Positions 17,997 through 27,887 of a DNA stretch of 55,977 bases are shown here, one piece after another. Made by a program: the position numbers and the translations under genes. A model generated the notes under the pieces. It did not search any database. It had not been told where the DNA came from and worked only from the letters and a program-made list of their open reading frames with translations. The stretch comes from a virus (Duplodnaviria > Caudoviricetes): the IMG/VR virus record IMGVR_UViG_3300021091_000089, positions 1-55,977 of that record. One strand, 5' to 3'. Each line of letters begins with the position of its first letter. Within the stretch, counting starts at the first letter, position 1.

Positions 17997-20835
17997 CTTC
18001 GTCAATTCTGCGAGAGATCTTCATGGCGTTGACGCGCATCTGTGGGCCTTTAGTCTTTGACATGAGGTCCTTCTTGGAATACGACACCATGTACATCGCC
18101 TCCATCTGCCGCTTAAAATCCGTGTAGCCAAAGCTCATACTGGAGCAGTACTGTTTCATCAACTTCTCTTCTATGTAGAAGTCAACAAACCCCACCGTGA
18201 CGCCGTGTTCCACACGCCCAAAGATCTCGCTGCGGGTAATGCTCTGGTCAATAACGCCATTGTCGCCAAGGGATGCTGCCAACGTATTATCTAGGGTTTT
18301 CACTACCACAAACTTACCGTAGAACTCTCTGATGTAAGCGTTTAGAATGTCCTCGGCTGTTCGGACATTGGCTTTGATCGTAGCCCGTGCGTTCTGCACG
18401 ATCTTGCGCAGAACCTCTGTTATGCCTGCCATGGGGAAGTCAGCGATCTTGGCGTGTGATGATCCAGCCAGAAGCCCACCAGCCAGCAGACAGGTACAGC
18501 CTGCCAGCCAGTACCGCTCATCATCGGTGAATTGAAAGTCGCGTTTCAGTTTGGCCCGAACCTGCCGGACGGTGTCCTCCACAACGTCTTTGTTATCCAC
18601 AAGAAACTGTGCGTACTGCTGACCTGCCACCCCGTAGTTATTTTTCAGGGTGGAGATGATCTCCGTGTCGCCTTCTTGCCACTGAATGATGTTGCTTAGG
18701 GTCAACTCTAATACCCGCCGAATTTCACCTTCTGATGAGTGTTTCCGTGCTCCAGTCAGGTAGTCGATCACGTGGGTGTTGGAGGATAGCAGCGCCATGG
18801 ACTTCCAATAGGTCGTGTTCTCGCGCTCTTTGTTGGCGCCAGACTCCATCCGCTCTTTGCCTTGCCCCTCTGCCATATCGAAGATAAACCCAGGCATCCA
18901 TTCAAAATCTTTGCGGTTCTTACTGGTGATTTCGTCAGAGATCAGGGGCAGGTTGTTCAACATCCCCAGGCGTTGTTGCATCGCCACATCAGACGTGGAC
19001 TTGCTCACCCTGAACTTGGTGGGATGCCCCCATATGGACGCAGCCAGTTCTAAGGTTAGGGTTTTCCCTGTACCAGATTCACTAGACCCCAGGTGAAACG
19101 TAAACCCGTCATACCCCGTGAATCGCATCAGCGGGGCACCAAAGCCCACCAGAGAGAGCGCCAACACCTCGTGCATCTTCCTGGCAGTCAGCATGTTGAT
19201 GACCTTTCGCCAGTTATCCAGCGTGCCTGTGGGCACCGTGGCCTTATTGATGTTGACCAGATGGCGCATAGGTATGTGGCGCGGTACAGAATGAGGGGCG
19301 TACACCCGCTCATTAAAGACAAAGGTATCGTTGAGTTGCCACCCATAACTGTCTGGTACATCCACAGTTTTCTGGTTGGCTGACGCCTGTTCTACAGCGG
19401 CCCGAACGTACTCGTAAAGGTTTTTATCATTGCCCGACCCAAACAATGCCATGACGTTTTGCTGGGCTAGGGTTTTTATCGTCTCGTCTTTTGATGCCGT
19501 GGCGCGTTGTGACATGGTTATTTCCTGAGCGCCGGTGGGGCGCATCGCCAACATGTGCACGGTGTGTTCGTTGCTCTGGCACAGAATATTTACTACAAAC
19601 AAGTCATACGGAATAAGAGGAACTTGGTTAGTGCTCTGGTTTCCTTGGGCATCTGTGGTTGTTTTATCCAAGTAAACCCCACCATTCTTACCGTATGAAT
19701 ACCCCTTTGGTGGCGCAGGTCTTGTAATGGTGATGGGCGTGGGTGTCTTCGGTAGTGGTTCTATGACCACTTCTTTTTCTGTCGTTTCCAGTTCTACCTC
19801 GCGTCCAAGCGCCAGAGGGTTGGTAATTTTGCCGAAGTGTGGGCACCCACTACATACTCCAGGGTTGAGACTGTCGATCTTGACGCAGGCGTACGGACCT
19901 TTGATCTCGTTGAGCTTAGTCTGCATACGCTCAGCGTCGTAAGGATGTAACTGACTTAGCCAAACTGCCGCCTTGATCCCATCTTTGCAAGGCTTGGCAA
20001 TCGACAACATTGCACGCCATAACGGTTCCATGCCATCGTCTGCAGCGTTTTCAATGTAGTGCGCTAGTTGCCCACACCCTGTGCCTTCTTTAGTGCGCGT
20101 CAGAATGTTTTTAAATACTGTCACGCTGTTTGACATAAGCGTGAGGTTTGTCTGGCTTTTAGATGTTGGGCGTGTACCGGGCAGACTAAGGGCTGGCATC
20201 GCCACCGGTTTGACGGTCAACTTAGAGTTGATGAACTCTTCCAGCGTTTCTAAGTCAAAAGCACCAGAGCCTTCTCCTAACAGCTTTACAGGTTTGGGCG
20301 GGTTGAACTTAAAGTTTAGCGTCCCTGGTACGCGTAGTACCCTGGCGGCATCAGCCGTGCAGTTCCAGTCAATCTCCATCCCTTCCTGTTTCAACAGTCG
20401 CTTAAAATTCTCTGCGACAGGTTTCCATCGGGCGACTTCGGCTTCCTCGGTCAGAGGCCAGTAGATGTGATACCCACCGCCTGATGACACGACAATTGGC
20501 TGGCCCAGCGTGTTCATGCCAGTTTTAAGCATGAACTCCTCAAATGCCTGTGCAGCTTCTTTGCGCGTCTTGTACCGCTTCTTGTCGCCCAGGTCTACGT
20601 CTATAAACAACGACTTTAAGACACGCGCATTGTCTGCGGTTCTGTTGTCCTTTGTTTTGTATGCAGCTAGGCCAAAATAACTGTGCAGTCCTTTCTGCAC
20701 AAATACATTTGCTGCGCTAGGGATTTCCCTAATATCAGATAAAAAGACGTGCTCTCTTCTTGGTGTGTCGAATTCTGCAACACAATAAAAACCGGAAGAC
20801 GGGAGCACTGCCGCTAGAAAATCAAGCGGTTGCAT
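17962..20835 (-). CDS. Primase-helicase: N-terminal RepB/AEP-like primase, Cys-rich linker, DUF927 helicase
   Basis: FIDVD, SSGGGYHIYW and DAARVLRVPGT primase motifs; CSGC cluster; Walker A GSSESGTGKT and Walker B LISDE. Confidence 0.88.
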   Translation of the reverse strand: MQPLDFLAAVLPSSGFYCVAEFDTPRREHVFLSDIREIPSAANVFVQKGLHSYFGLAAYKTKDNRTADNARVLKSLFIDVDLGDKKRYKTRKEAAQAFEEFMLKTGMNTLGQPIVVSSGGGYHIYWPLTEEAEVARWKPVAENFKRLLKQEGMEIDWNCTADAARVLRVPGTLNFKFNPPKPVKLLGEGSGAFDLETLEEFINSKLTVKPVAMPALSLPGTRPTSKSQTNLTLMSNSVTVFKNILTRTKEGTGCGQLAHYIENAADDGMEPLWRAMLSIAKPCKDGIKAAVWLSQLHPYDAERMQTKLNEIKGPYACVKIDSLNPGVCSGCPHFGKITNPLALGREVELETTEKEVVIEPLPKTPTPITITRPAPPKGYSYGKNGGVYLDKTTTDAQGNQSTNQVPLIPYDLFVVNILCQSNEHTVHMLAMRPTGAQEITMSQRATASKDETIKTLAQQNVMALFGSGNDKNLYEYVRAAVEQASANQKTVDVPDSYGWQLNDTFVFNERVYAPHSVPRHIPMRHLVNINKATVPTGTLDNWRKVINMLTARKMHEVLALSLVGFGAPLMRFTGYDGFTFHLGSSESGTGKTLTLELAASIWGHPTKFRVSKSTSDVAMQQRLGMLNNLPLISDEITSKNRKDFEWMPGFIFDMAEGQGKERMESGANKERENTTYWKSMALLSSNTHVIDYLTGARKHSSEGEIRRVLELTLSNIIQWQEGDTEIISTLKNNYGVAGQQYAQFLVDNKDVVEDTVRQVRAKLKRDFQFTDDERYWLAGCTCLLAGGLLAGSSHAKIADFPMAGITEVLRKIVQNARATIKANVRTAEDILNAYIREFYGKFVVVKTLDNTLAASLGDNGVIDQSITRSEIFGRVEHGVTVGFVDFYIEEKLMKQYCSSMSFGYTDFKRQMEAMYMVSYSKKDLMSKTKGPQMRVNAMKISRRIDEDDEDPIPMEAA

Positions 20836-20850
20836 GAGTACCCCCTGTTG

Positions 20851-21006
20851 TTATTGTGCTGTTGATGCCAGCTTATCTAAGGCAGCTTCGTATCGTTTTA
20901 AAAGCTCCTCCTGATAACTTTTATGTAATTCATCAGTGGCTAGTATTTGCCAGCAAAAACGCGCAAATTCTTCGTCGGTTAACTGCGAAGGTTGAATGTA
21001 TTGCAT
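20851..21006 (-). CDS. Hypothetical protein (51 aa, not in the ORF track)
   Basis: MQYIQPSQLTDEEFARFCWQIL...ELLKRYEAALDKLASTAQ* fills the gap between the HTH and primase genes. Confidence 0.65.
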   Translation of the reverse strand: MQYIQPSQLTDEEFARFCWQILATDELHKSYQEELLKRYEAALDKLASTAQ

Positions 21007-21260
21007 AGTGTTCTCCAAGCGTCTTCTGTCTGACTGGTTTTTTTAAGCACCTCCAAGATCGCGTTGACTTTCTCTTTATACGCCGGAGTCACTTCTGTAG
21101 ATCCTGTAAACCAGTTGTAGACAGTTTGTCGTGTTGCGCCAGTTAGCATGGCGATGCGTTGCATTGATATGTCTCGTAAAACCGCCCAACGCCCAAGCTG
21201 AGTACCTAGGGTACGTGGGCTGTTGTTTACGGTGCTTTTAATTTTTTCAGAGTAGGGCAT
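20979..21260 (-). CDS. Cro/XRE-like helix-turn-helix regulator
   Basis: SMQRIAMLTGATRQTVYNWFTG HTH; start trimmed to ATG 21260 (MPYSEK). Confidence 0.85.
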   Translation of the reverse strand: MPYSEKIKSTVNNSPRTLGTQLGRWAVLRDISMQRIAMLTGATRQTVYNWFTGSTEVTPAYKEKVNAILEVLKKTSQTEDAWRTLCNTFNLRS

Positions 21261-21270
21261 AGGTAGAGGC

Positions 21271-21316
21271 GGGGGTACTAACACAAAGCGCTTGAGCCGA
21301 CGCCGTGCGTTCCCCC
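21271..21316 (-). ncRNA. Candidate cis-acting RNA hairpin with a GAA/AGUA loop-E-like motif
   Basis: Minus strand GGGG-GAA-C-GCAC-GGCG...CGCT-TT-GTGT-T-AGTA-CCCC, between the SSB stop and the HTH start. Confidence 0.45.
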
Positions 21317-21323
21317 AAGTTGA

Positions 21324-22226
21324 TTAGTCGTCGGTATCCCAGTCTGCCACAACTGACGCCAGATTGTTTTTCTTTGGCGCTGGGGGGGATGATACTTCTT
21401 TCCTAACCTCCGGCTCTTCTACCTCTTGCGCCGGTTCCTCTTTAGGCTTAGTGGTTTTCTTAGCCGAAGGGGGAGCGCCTTCCAGAACCACGGGCTTGGC
21501 CTCCACCTTATCGACCTGCGCCACGGTCATGGTCACAGCACGCTTAGCGTCCTCAGACTGACCCTTCTCCACGGCAGTGGCATGCTCACTATCGGTAAGC
21601 CAACGCACGGGCCTAAAGAACAGCTTGGGCGACTCTTTGTTGGTGTCGAACTTCATGCGGGTGACAACCATCTCCGGGCTGATGGACTGCGCAGCCAACC
21701 AACGAGCGTATGCCTGCAGGGGATAGTTGTCGCCTTCTGCCTTACCGAAGATCGACGTGGCGGGTAGCTGAAGCTGCAACACATCTCCCTCTATGTCGTT
21801 AGCGAGAACTACTGCCAGCCGTTGGTTAAACCGACATGCCCGTGACTCACCCGCACCGGAACCCTTGATGTTCTGTGGGCAGGTTGCGCAGCTTGGCGAC
21901 TGTGGTGCGTTGGCCTTGGCGTCTGGCTTCTCGCCATCTGCTGACCAGCAGTCAGGAGGAGCGGGGTTCTCAGGATCCCATGCGCCAGCATAAAAGGTAC
22001 GGCTGATCTTCTCAGCGGCGTTGACGATCACGATGTCCAAGTACCGCTCTTCGATGGCGGCGATCTGCTTGCCATCATGCACTAAGCGGAACACACCGCC
22101 CTTGATTGAAATGCGCTTGCCGCTCTGGACACCACCACCTGCAAGGGCTTTGGCTACAGCAGACAGCTCACGGTTTTTTGCAAATGCAGGCAGATTGCCT
22201 GTCTGAAACAAAGTCACATCTGACAT
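21324..22226 (-). CDS. ssDNA-binding/annealing-type replication protein
   Basis: 300 aa, RISIKGG start, CWS..G and CATCP motifs, acidic aromatic tail WDTDD; replication context. Confidence 0.65.
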   Translation of the reverse strand: MSDVTLFQTGNLPAFAKNRELSAVAKALAGGGVQSGKRISIKGGVFRLVHDGKQIAAIEERYLDIVIVNAAEKISRTFYAGAWDPENPAPPDCWSADGEKPDAKANAPQSPSCATCPQNIKGSGAGESRACRFNQRLAVVLANDIEGDVLQLQLPATSIFGKAEGDNYPLQAYARWLAAQSISPEMVVTRMKFDTNKESPKLFFRPVRWLTDSEHATAVEKGQSEDAKRAVTMTVAQVDKVEAKPVVLEGAPPSAKKTTKPKEEPAQEVEEPEVRKEVSSPPAPKKNNLASVVADWDTDD

Positions 22227-22237
22227 TTACTTCTCCT

Positions 22238-22639
22238 TTACTTCGTAGGTTTGCGGACAGTTACGGTAAATTCGCTGTCCGAGTTAAGGCCCGGTGGAAC
22301 AAGTCCGGGGTTTTCTTCAAGGAACTGCGCCATGTTTGACTGAGCTATGCGCTTTTCAAACAGGTCAAGCACCTCATGTTCTAAGACAAACTTCTTAAAT
22401 GAATCCCAATCACTTGTGGTGTACCGCGTCTTTTGCCCCAATATGATTGTGCCTTCATCAGTGCGCACGCTCTTTAGCCCCGCCGCCATCATGTGGTCTT
22501 TAATGGCGTTGCTGACTTCCTGTTGCTGAGCCTTGAGCGTTTCAACTTCTGTTTCGTACGCTGTGGTCAGCTCTTGGACCTTCGTGCGGATCTTGCGGTA
22601 AATCTTTGCCAACTTGTCTAACGGTATTTGGTCTTCCAT
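22238..22639 (-). CDS. Conserved phage replication-module protein (coiled coil plus DWDSF motif)
   Basis: 133 aa, AAGGAG RBS, SVRTDEGT, DWDSFKKFV and VPPGL motifs. Confidence 0.7.
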   Translation of the reverse strand: MEDQIPLDKLAKIYRKIRTKVQELTTAYETEVETLKAQQQEVSNAIKDHMMAAGLKSVRTDEGTIILGQKTRYTTSDWDSFKKFVLEHEVLDLFEKRIAQSNMAQFLEENPGLVPPGLNSDSEFTVTVRKPTK

Positions 22640-22665
22640 GTAACGCTCCTTTTAGTGTTTTGAGT

Positions 22666-22694
22666 ATTTTGTCAAACATTTTACTTCATGTCAA
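22666..22694 (-). promoter_or_regulatory. Sigma70-type promoter for the SSB-HTH-primase operon
   Basis: Minus strand TTGACA-N17-CAAAAT with an extended TG; an operator-like palindrome sits in the spacer. Confidence 0.55.
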
Positions 22695-24243
22695 GCACTT
22701 CTTCGTACAACTTCACCAGCATGTTGTTGTCCTCCACTCGTTCGGCTAAGCGCTTAAACATCTTGCGTTCAATGTCACTGCCCTGGATGTGGACGACTGT
22801 GACCTTATCGCTTGTCTGGCCTTTGCGATCAGATCGTGCGCAGCACTGAATGTATGTTTCGGTGGACATCACTGGCCCCCAGAACACAACAGTGTCGGCT
22901 GCGGTCAGCGTGACGCCATGCGCCGCTGCCTGTGGTTGGATTACCAAGACGCGAGGGTCTTGTTCTTCTTGAAAATGTTTAAAAATTTTTGTGCGCTTTG
23001 CAGGCGACACATCGCCATGAATAGTGCTTACAGAGGTTTTGTTGATAGTAAGATAGTTTGTAATGGTGTCTATGCTGTGGCGATATGGGGCGAACACTAA
23101 GACTTTGCGCTGTGTTTCTTCCAACACCTCCATGAGGACAGCTAGTCTTGGGGCACAGTCAAACTCCACAACTTCTGCGTTATCTGTATAGGCTGCTCCA
23201 GCGCTAATTTGTAAGAGCTTATTAACTTCTGCGGCGGCGTTAATCGCCGTGATTGTTTCACCAGCCGCCTTGACAAGCATCTGCTCCTTGAGGATGTTGT
23301 AGTACTTTTTCTGCTGGGGGGTGAGAGGGACATCGCGTGTCTCCGTTATTACTGGTGGAAGATCAAGGCACTGTGCCTTCGTATAGCGTATTGCAGGCTG
23401 CAGCACCGTGTGGATCTTTTCTTGTGCTGAAGGTTTAGGCGCCCACTTAAACATCGTCAGCTTCTGCATCGTCGCATCTCGCCATGCTGTAAAGAACTTA
23501 GGCACAGCATTGGGGTTGACCAGTTTAGCCAAGCCATACGCATCAAGGGGCGACTGTGACGCAGGGGTACCGGTCATCATCCACAGGTAAGTGTCGGGCT
23601 TCAAAATCTTGTTAAGCGACTTCCAACGTTTTGTTTGCACGTTCTTGTAGGCATTGGCCTCGTCAGCTACAACAAGATCAAACCGTCCATCGTTGTTTAT
23701 CTCATCTGCGATGAGGTTCAGTCCGTCATAGTTCGTGATGACAAACTCGTAATCACCTTGCACCATCTCGATACGACGTGATGCTTGCTGGTGGTGAGCC
23801 ACAATGGCGCTGCGGTGAATGATGCTGTTGCCCAAGTCGTTTATCCAAGCTGACTGCATAATCGACACAGGGCAGAGCACCAGACACCGACGCACCTGCT
23901 TAGTTCGCATGAGATAGTCAGCCGCCCAGAGCGCCGACAGCGTCTTGCCTGTGCCGGGTTCAGAGAAAACAAACGCTCGTCTGTGCAAGGTCAAAAACGC
24001 AGCCGTCTCCATCTGATGCTTCATCGGCTTAAACCTGCCCGGCCAGTCGTAGCGTGCAGTGATGGGGGAGGGTACGTTTCTCACACCCAGGTTGCGCAGC
24101 ACACGCGCTTCGTCTAACCCCCATCGCACAGCGATCTCATACACGCCGTCCTGCTCACCAACTACTGCAAACTTGGGAATAACTTTGTACTTGTCTGGAT
24201 TGCGCGTTCGTAACAGCAACGCTTTGTTTTCAACGATTTGCAT
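22681..24243 (-). CDS. SNF2-family SF2 helicase
   Basis: EPGTGKT, ADEAN, MTGTP, AAHGVTLT and QCCARSDRKGQ motifs. Confidence 0.92.
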   Translation of the reverse strand: MQIVENKALLLRTRNPDKYKVIPKFAVVGEQDGVYEIAVRWGLDEARVLRNLGVRNVPSPITARYDWPGRFKPMKHQMETAAFLTLHRRAFVFSEPGTGKTLSALWAADYLMRTKQVRRCLVLCPVSIMQSAWINDLGNSIIHRSAIVAHHQQASRRIEMVQGDYEFVITNYDGLNLIADEINNDGRFDLVVADEANAYKNVQTKRWKSLNKILKPDTYLWMMTGTPASQSPLDAYGLAKLVNPNAVPKFFTAWRDATMQKLTMFKWAPKPSAQEKIHTVLQPAIRYTKAQCLDLPPVITETRDVPLTPQQKKYYNILKEQMLVKAAGETITAINAAAEVNKLLQISAGAAYTDNAEVVEFDCAPRLAVLMEVLEETQRKVLVFAPYRHSIDTITNYLTINKTSVSTIHGDVSPAKRTKIFKHFQEEQDPRVLVIQPQAAAHGVTLTAADTVVFWGPVMSTETYIQCCARSDRKGQTSDKVTVVHIQGSDIERKMFKRLAERVEDNNMLVKLYEEVLDMK

Positions 24244-24439
24244 GGTTCTCTCTCAATTTATAAACTTCTCTTATGCCTGCTTTGTCTTGCACAAGGTGGT
24301 AATCCAAAAGACTCTGACGCATAAGCGTGTTAATCATTTTTTTCCACGTCTCGTCCTCCACGTCTGTGGAATCTACCCACGAATAACCAAACCGTAAGTA
24401 CCAAACATCCGCAAGCTGCTGCGGATTTAGCTTTTTCAT
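24230..24439 (-). CDS. Hypothetical protein
   Basis: 69-aa ORF coupled to both neighbours. Confidence 0.6.
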   Translation of the reverse strand: MKKLNPQQLADVWYLRFGYSWVDSTDVEDETWKKMINTLMRQSLLDYHLVQDKAGIREVYKLRENHANR

Positions 24440-24690
24440 CGACCGTTTTCTCCTCGGTTCGCTTTCACGCTACGGATGCGCAGATTGCTTTTAGCTGACG
24501 AGCCGCCTGAGCGCAGTGGTTTCTTGTGGTCAATGTCTTTGCCCTCACGAGCATCGGCCTTGCCATTGTTGTTTTTATCAACGCCTGTCTTATCGACTAA
24601 GCGTTGAGCTTTAACCCGCTCAGCCCTTTGCTTAATCTGCTCAGGCTTGCCGTGGTATTTCGCATATTCTCTTTTGTAGTCTCTTGACAT
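24436..24690 (-). CDS. Small HNH-like protein
   Basis: KDIDHKKPL..GG....NLRI....ANR; AGGAG RBS. Confidence 0.75.
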   Translation of the reverse strand: MSRDYKREYAKYHGKPEQIKQRAERVKAQRLVDKTGVDKNNNGKADAREGKDIDHKKPLRSGGSSAKSNLRIRSVKANRGENGR

Positions 24691-24699
24691 GATTGGCTC

Positions 24700-25371
24700 C
24701 TAATGTTTGGGGTGAAGTTCACAACTTTTTACTGGGCACCATCCGCACAGTGCGCTTTGTGTGGGGTTCCACACATTGTTCTCAAACGCTACGGATAGTT
24801 TTGCCACCCGTTGTCTGTACTGCCACCACGCTGGCTCAATGTCTTCCACCGACATCTTGTGTTTGACCATGCTCTCCTTCACCACAAACAACAAGGCCGA
24901 ATTGACCTGTCGAATGTGGGGAAAGTGCGCAAAAGTCATCAGCGACATCAACACAAGCTGATCGGTATCGGGGTACTTGTTGTTGCCAGTTTTATAGTCA
25001 ACGATCCATGCGGTGAGGTTTTCGTCGTCTACGATTAACAAGTCAGCAATACCACGCACCCATACGGAGTCGTCTTTGAAACCGCACGGCTTAAGGTCAA
25101 CGGTCAGGCCCATCTCGTGCTCAGGGTACTTGCGCCCAGGCTTTTGAAGTAGCGCGTCAAGGGTTGGCTTTACAAACTCAAACTGCGGTGGGATGGGGGT
25201 GCCATCCTGCACATAGTTCTCTGCTGCTGTGTGTAACTCCTTACCGTAACGAATCTGCTCCGTGTCTGGGAACGGGTGCTTCTTTAGAACCTTTACCTCG
25301 TGATAGCGTCTGGCACAGCCTTCAAAATCTTTCAGACTGCTGTGTGACCATGTGACCTTGTGCGTTGTCAT
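24700..25371 (-). CDS. PD-(D/E)XK Cas4/RecB-like exonuclease
   Basis: WSHSSL..FEGC, GIADL, IVDYKTG, QL motif and a C-terminal CGWCP...C. Confidence 0.88.
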   Translation of the reverse strand: MTTHKVTWSHSSLKDFEGCARRYHEVKVLKKHPFPDTEQIRYGKELHTAAENYVQDGTPIPPQFEFVKPTLDALLQKPGRKYPEHEMGLTVDLKPCGFKDDSVWVRGIADLLIVDDENLTAWIVDYKTGNNKYPDTDQLVLMSLMTFAHFPHIRQVNSALLFVVKESMVKHKMSVEDIEPAWWQYRQRVAKLSVAFENNVWNPTQSALCGWCPVKSCELHPKH

Positions 25372-25670
25372 TAGAACTCCGCTTTGGTTATGACCTTGGT
25401 TAGCCGGTTTGCGAACGCTGTGACAAACCTCTCATCAGCTTCAAGTTTGTTGTTCATGTCCTTCAGGATGGCGTGGGTAACTTCGTGCCAGAAGGTGTCT
25501 GTAATTTCTTCTTGCTTGAACCGCCTGTTGTCGTATGAGCTGCGTGTGCCGATCTTGATCATCTTACCGTTATAAAACACGCCACCCATAGCTCCCTTCT
25601 GGGGCATACGCCCACACATAACAACGTCGTATTTGGTTTTACCAACTGTAATTTTTTTAGGCATTTTCAT
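25371..25670 (-). CDS. Small zincin-like HExxH protein
   Basis: TFWHEVTHAIL...E..V; start trimmed to ATG 25670, which overlaps the polymerase stop (ATGA). Confidence 0.7.
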   Translation of the reverse strand: MKMPKKITVGKTKYDVVMCGRMPQKGAMGGVFYNGKMIKIGTRSSYDNRRFKQEEITDTFWHEVTHAILKDMNNKLEADERFVTAFANRLTKVITKAEF

Positions 25671-27631
25671 TTTGCTTCTCCATATCGTTTTGCAGAGCCT
25701 ACCTCCGCTGCCAGTGGAATACCCGGCATGTACTTCGGCTCCATAGTCATCTGCGCTAAAACCCAAGTTTTAGCGTTCGCTTCTTCTGCCTCAGGTACAA
25801 GGCAGACTACTTCATCATGGACAGTTAACACACACGGATACTCTTTTTGTATCCGCAGCATGCCGTCTGTCATCACACACCTAGCCACTGCCTGAACAAT
25901 GTTTTCAGTCAGCGCCCCCCCGTACACCTTTTTTTCATTTGGCCCGTAGACCCACTGCAGCCGACCTTTTGGATCAGCATTTCCTTTCAGGGAAGGATAC
26001 TTCAAAGTCATACCGTTTGGCAAGAAGATTTTTTCTTTTTCAAACTGCAGGCACTTGTGATGGTAAACCCTACCCTCAAACAGCCCACGCTGAATAAGCT
26101 CCTGGCACAACTGCCAGAACTGCGTGACCGGCTGCGCTGCTTCACGGTACTTATCAATGATCTTCTTGGCAGACACCGCATGAATCAGTAGTTCATCTTC
26201 AGTGCAAGTGTGTGGTATATCCCATAAGCGCTTAGCGTTCTCATCCCATTCTAAGAAGCTGCCTATGTAGTCAGACGTTACGCCTAACTGCTTAGCAAAA
26301 GCCCTGTCGTACCGTGTGGATGGTGCGCCTAGGAACCCCGTCAACAACTGCGCAGCAAACGATGCCCACCCCAAACCATAACCTGCCCCCAACAAAGCAG
26401 ACTTAGCAGACTGGCGAAGGTCAGGGTGTAATTCTTTGCTTAACCCTGGTATGCCGAACATCTGCGCACCAAACATAGCGTACGCATCCTGCCCTGATCT
26501 AAAGATGTTAAGGAGATCTTCGTAATCAGCCAGCCACGCCAATACACGCGGTTCGATCTGCGACAAGTCACACACCACTAAGGTATACCCCTCAGGGGCC
26601 ATGATCGACTTACGAAGGAACGACCCACGTTTTAAGTTCTGCAGATTAAGTCCAGATCCCTTACTTGCAGACCAGCGCCCTGTATGTGCGCCGTAATAGT
26701 TAAGGGGCACCGGAAGAACACCGCGTTGTGCAATATCCAAGAATCGTTGCGCTCTAGTGCGCTCCAATGTTGATTTAACGGCCAGCCGCGCTTCACATAA
26801 GAGAGCAACATCTTCATTGTCGGCGTTGAGCAACGCCTGAAAGAGTGCATCGTTTTTAGCAAGCGCAAGCGCCTTTTCACCGGTGGTCTTGCTGATTTTA
26901 ATCGGCGGCTCCACGCCAAGGCTGCGTAACAACTCGCCAAACTGCGGGTTGCTTGCAAGGATAGTTTCTTCGACACCAAGACGTTGAAGAAGTGTTTCTC
27001 TCTTTTCTCTTTCTTCGTTAATCGCTTCACTGAGCATCTCCTTATCTAGTTGTAGCACAGGGTTAGTGAACATCTTCAGCGTCAAGTCTATAAGTCGTAA
27101 CTCTTTGGCAGGGTAGCCCTGCACCAGACGCTTAAAAACCTCCTCACACAGGAACGTATCGTGCGCACAGTAGTCAGCCAGTTCTTTTTCTATCTCATGG
27201 GTAAGCTCGTCTAGCCCGTCTGTGCTGTACACAGCTTTGCCTTTGGGCGGCAGGCCAAACTCTTCTGCAAGTTTTGCCAAGCTGTTGCCCACCTCCACCC
27301 CACGCAAGGCACGCGCCATGGACAGCGAGTCGAATATGAACGCAGGCTTGCAACCATAGACCCACGACAGTATGGCGACATCGAACTGTGCGTTGTGCGC
27401 CAGCACCGCTGTCTCTGACCAGTCTATCGCAGCAAACGCTGCGGGTAGTTCAGCATGGCTGTGCCACGTGGTGTTGTCCTCTCCGTAGTCTTTTATGCAG
27501 GCACCAAACGCTTTGAAGTTCTCGTGTCGTATGTACTGCTCAGTAGTAAGTTTAGATAGTGTGTAGTCTTTACTCGACCAGCGTGTTTCAAAGTCAATTA
27601 CCACTATGCGCTTGTATGGCGGCTTTGACAT
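25667..27631 (-). CDS. polA: DNA polymerase family A with a 3'-5' exonuclease domain
   Basis: IDFET, AHNAQFD and YCAHD (exonuclease); HTGRWS, CDLSQIEPR (motif A), RQSAKSALLGAGYG (motif B), VHDE (motif C). Confidence 0.95.
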   Translation of the reverse strand: MSKPPYKRIVVIDFETRWSSKDYTLSKLTTEQYIRHENFKAFGACIKDYGEDNTTWHSHAELPAAFAAIDWSETAVLAHNAQFDVAILSWVYGCKPAFIFDSLSMARALRGVEVGNSLAKLAEEFGLPPKGKAVYSTDGLDELTHEIEKELADYCAHDTFLCEEVFKRLVQGYPAKELRLIDLTLKMFTNPVLQLDKEMLSEAINEEREKRETLLQRLGVEETILASNPQFGELLRSLGVEPPIKISKTTGEKALALAKNDALFQALLNADNEDVALLCEARLAVKSTLERTRAQRFLDIAQRGVLPVPLNYYGAHTGRWSASKGSGLNLQNLKRGSFLRKSIMAPEGYTLVVCDLSQIEPRVLAWLADYEDLLNIFRSGQDAYAMFGAQMFGIPGLSKELHPDLRQSAKSALLGAGYGLGWASFAAQLLTGFLGAPSTRYDRAFAKQLGVTSDYIGSFLEWDENAKRLWDIPHTCTEDELLIHAVSAKKIIDKYREAAQPVTQFWQLCQELIQRGLFEGRVYHHKCLQFEKEKIFLPNGMTLKYPSLKGNADPKGRLQWVYGPNEKKVYGGALTENIVQAVARCVMTDGMLRIQKEYPCVLTVHDEVVCLVPEAEEANAKTWVLAQMTMEPKYMPGIPLAAEVGSAKRYGEAK

Positions 27632-27887
27632 GTTTGATGTTCTCCTCGTTAATTATGATTGCAACGCCACCAGCTTTACGAATTTTTTCTAACTCGCGGT
27701 CTTGTAACGCAGTCGTTGTATTACTGCCTGCCTTGCACTCTATGGCAAAGAAATACCCCTTGTAACAGCCGATGATGTCTGGCACCCCAGCCCTACCAAA
27801 CCCCCCCATGAGGGGGAGAAAATGGTAGGCGCCAAGCTCATCAAGAACTAACTTCACCTCCTTTTTAACCTTGGCTTCTGGGGTCAT
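27594..27887 (-). CDS. VRR-NUC domain nuclease / resolvase
   Basis: PEAKVK, GVPDII, FAIECK and TALQ motifs. Confidence 0.88.
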   Translation of the reverse strand: MTPEAKVKKEVKLVLDELGAYHFLPLMGGFGRAGVPDIIGCYKGYFFAIECKAGSNTTTALQDRELEKIRKAGGVAIIINEENIKHVKAAIQAHSGN

